The notes under the pieces were generated by a model. The model was not told the origin of the DNA and made no database searches. It saw only the letters and a list, made by a program, of their open reading frames with translations. A DNA stretch of 19,899 bases from a virus. Lineage: Duplodnaviria > Heunggongvirae > Uroviricota > Caudoviricetes. Location: the IMG/VR virus record IMGVR_UViG_3300042482_001246. The stretch is one strand, 5' to 3'. A program made the position numbers and the translations under genes. Positions 17,978 through 19,899 of this stretch are shown in pieces; position 1 is the first letter of the stretch; each line of letters opens with the position of its first letter.

Positions 17978-19897
17978 TTATTCCTGTATCGGTTTGTATT
18001 CTAACAGAACCTTTGGAACATCCTTACGTTCTGCGAAGACTGTGTAGAAACAATTTGGAGTTCCATCTTGACAGTTGATGTAAACCTTATTGTTTTCAAT
18101 CTTCTCAACCCAATGAACACAAGGTCCTCCGATTGGTGTGAGTTGGACTGACCAATCTGTGTCGTGAACAAGTCCTACCCAATAATCAGGGAGTTCAATC
18201 ACTTTACTTGTTGCGTGTCCTCTGAAATAAACTCCATGTTCTGGACCTTCCAAGTTTCCATATCTTAATCTCCACCCTTCTTTAGTTGGGTGAGGGATGT
18301 CGAACGATTTACTGTTTGCAGATATATTATTAAAGTTATTGATGTTTGCAACACCACCACCTTGGATGTTACCAACCGCAGCACTCATGTCAATATCACC
18401 ACCAACAAGGACAATATTACCACCCGCAACTTCAACATTTCCACCATTGGTATCAATGGTTCCACCGCCAGTGTCAATTCCACCTCCCGTAGTACTCAAG
18501 GTCGTACCGTCCCACGTTAAGTTGGTTTCTGCATTTAATTCACCCGCGGTGTTACTACCTGTAATAACTCTATTATCAGCGTTATTGTTGATAGTTGCTG
18601 CTCCTGAAGTACCCGATGAACCACTTGAGCCAGATGTTCCTGATGAACCTGAAGTACCACTTGAGCCAGATGTTCCTGATGAACCTGAAGTTCCACTTGA
18701 ACCTGATTTACCTGAAGAACCTGAGCTTCCGCTAGTTCCTGAAGAACCACTTGAGCCAGATGTTCCTGAAGAACCACTTGAACCTGATGTTCCTGAACTT
18801 CCTGAAGTACCAGATGAACCTGATGTTCCCGAACTTCCTGAAGTACCGCTTGAACCACTTGAGCCAGATGTTCCTGAACTTCCTGAAGTACCGCTTGAAC
18901 CTGATGTTCCCGAACTTCCGCTAGTTCCTGATGAACCACTTGAGCCAGATGTTCCTGAACTTCCTGAAGTACCAGATGAACCTGATTTACCTGAAGAACC
19001 TGAGCTACCACTAGTTCCTGAAGAACCACTTGAGCCAGATGTTCCCGATGAACCACTTGTTCCACTTGAACCTGAACTTCCGCTTGTTCCTGAAGAACCA
19101 CTTGAACCTGAAGTACCAGATGAACCTGATGTACCTGATGAACCACTTGAACCGCTAGTTCCTGAAGAACCTGATGTACCTGATGAACCTGAGCTTCCGC
19201 TAGTTCCTGATGAACCTGAGCTACCTGATGTACCAGAACTTCCTGAAGTACCAGATGAACCTGAAGAACCACTTGTTCCACTTGAACCTGATGTACCACT
19301 TGAACCTGAGCTTCCGCTAGTTCCTGATGAACCACTTGAGCCAGATGTTCCCGAACTTCCTGAAGTACCAGATGAACCTGAAGTACCACTTGAACCTGAA
19401 GAACCGCTAGTTCCTGATGAACCTGAAGTACCACTTGAACCTGAAGTACCACTTGAACCTGAGCTTCCGCTAGTTCCTGATGAACCACTTGAGCCAGATG
19501 TTCCTGAAGAACCTGAAGTACCACTTGAGCCAGATGTTCCTGATGAACCTGATTTACCACTTGAACCAGAACTTCCTGAAGTACCACTTGAACCTGAAGA
19601 ACCGCTAGTTCCTGATGAACCTGAAGTACCACTTGAACCAGATGTTCCTGAAGAACCTGAAGTACCGCTTGAACCAGAACTTCCTGAAGTACCAGATGAA
19701 CCTGAGCTTCCGCTAGTTCCTGAAGAACCTGAAGTACCACTTGAGCCAGATGTTCCTGACGAACCTGAACTTCCGCTAGTTCCTGATGAACCACTTGAGC
19801 CAGATGTTCCCGAACTTCCTGAAGTACCGCTTGAACCAGATGTTCCTGAAGAACCTGAAGAACCTGAAGTACCGCTTGAACCAGAACTTCCTGAAGT
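17978..19897 (-). CDS. Putative tail/surface fibre protein: (G-S/T-S)n shaft plus phage fibre C-terminal domain; 5' end is outside the window
   Basis: The track ORF 17978-18499 (TTG start) is only the tail. The frame stays open upstream: ...SGTSGAATINNNADNRVITGSNTAGELNAETNLTWDGTTLSTTGGG... At least 639 aa. The C-terminus SKSFDIPHPTKEGWRLRYGNLEGPE..YFRG..IELPDYW..SVQLTPIG..FAERKDV is a type I recall from phage fibre proteins. Confidence 0.85.
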   Translation of the reverse strand, partial: TSGSSGSSGTSGSSGSSGTSGSSGTSGSSGTSGSSGSSGTSGSSGSSGTSGSSGTSGSSGTSGSSGSSGTSGSSGSSGTSGSSGTSGSSGTSGSSGTSGSSGSSGTSGSSGSSGKSGSSGTSGSSGTSGSSGTSGSSGSSGTSGSSGSSGTSGSSGTSGSSGTSGSSGSSGTSGSSGTSGSSGTSGSSGSSGTSGSSGSSGTSGSSGTSGSSGSSGTSGSSGTSGSSGSSGTSGSSGSSGTSGSSGTSGSSGSSGTSGSSGTSGSSGSSGTSGSSGSSGTSGSSGTSGSSGSSGTSGSSGSSGKSGSSGTSGSSGTSGSSGSSGTSGSSGTSGSSGTSGSSGTSGSSGSSGTSGSSGTSGSSGTSGSSGTSGSSGSSGTSGSSGSSGTSGSSGSSGKSGSSGTSGSSGTSGSSGTSGSSGTSGSSGSSGTSGAATINNNADNRVITGSNTAGELNAETNLTWDGTTLSTTGGGIDTGGGTIDTNGGNVEVAGGNIVLVGGDIDMSAAVGNIQGGGVANINNFNNISANSKSFDIPHPTKEGWRLRYGNLEGPEHGVYFRGHATSKVIELPDYWVGLVHDTDWSVQLTPIGGPCVHWVEKIENNKVYINCQDGTPNCFYTVFAERKDVPKVLLEYKPIQE

Positions 19898-19899
19898 AC
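18602..19899 (-). repeat. Gly-Xaa-Ser coding repeat, at least 144 triplets (GSS, GTS, 3x GKS)
   Basis: Unbroken 9-nt periodicity with mixed synonymous codons; only G, S, T and three K. Confidence 0.97.

Noticed and set aside
17978-18499. 173-aa ORF with TTG start as a complete gene
   Set aside because: There is no upstream in-frame stop; it is the 3' end of the long fibre gene.
4728-18520. Remaining short ORFs (4728-4934, 6851-7042, 10621-10860, 12122-12427, 12492-12704, 15170-15457, 15321-15542, 16934-17140, 16986-17168, 17523-17705, 18290-18520)
   Set aside because: All lie wholly or almost wholly within motif-supported genes, antisense or in another frame, and show no recognisable motifs.
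18535-19794. 419-aa minus-strand ORF (VHQELA/VLQ repeats)
   Set aside because: Out-of-frame shadow of the GSS/GTS repeat. The Gly-X-Ser frame is the one that continues into the recognisable C-terminal domain.

Overview
AT-rich, gene-dense window, most likely from a large tailed bacteriophage. That origin is an inference from a phage fibre-type C-terminal domain, start/stop overlaps, a bacterial intrinsic terminator and the absence of housekeeping genes; a giant virus or bacterial island is not excluded. A ~13.4 kb glycan biosynthesis and decoration cluster (4538-17937) is flanked on both sides by very Ser/Thr-rich, probably structural proteins. Left: two mucin-like (TPT)n proteins, one with six 4-Cys modules. 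Right: a fibre with at least 144 uninterrupted Gly-[Ser/Thr/Lys]-Ser triplets. The cluster encodes split ADP-heptose enzymes (HldA-like kinase, HldC-like nucleotidyltransferase, HldD epimerase), a cupin, a sulfotransferase-like protein, a SET-domain methyltransferase, a minimised DegT aminotransferase, two hexapeptide acetyltransferases, two pairs of paralogous GT-like proteins (one fused to two O-methyltransferase domains), an FkbM methyltransferase, and a GT4 fused to a TibC/AAH-type protein O-heptosyltransferase with an intact 4-Cys iron motif. Lead hypothesis: a virus-encoded protein O-heptosylation and glycan-decoration system acting on its own virion fibres. No tRNA, rRNA, CRISPR or mobile element was seen. 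All family calls come from motif recognition, not database searches.
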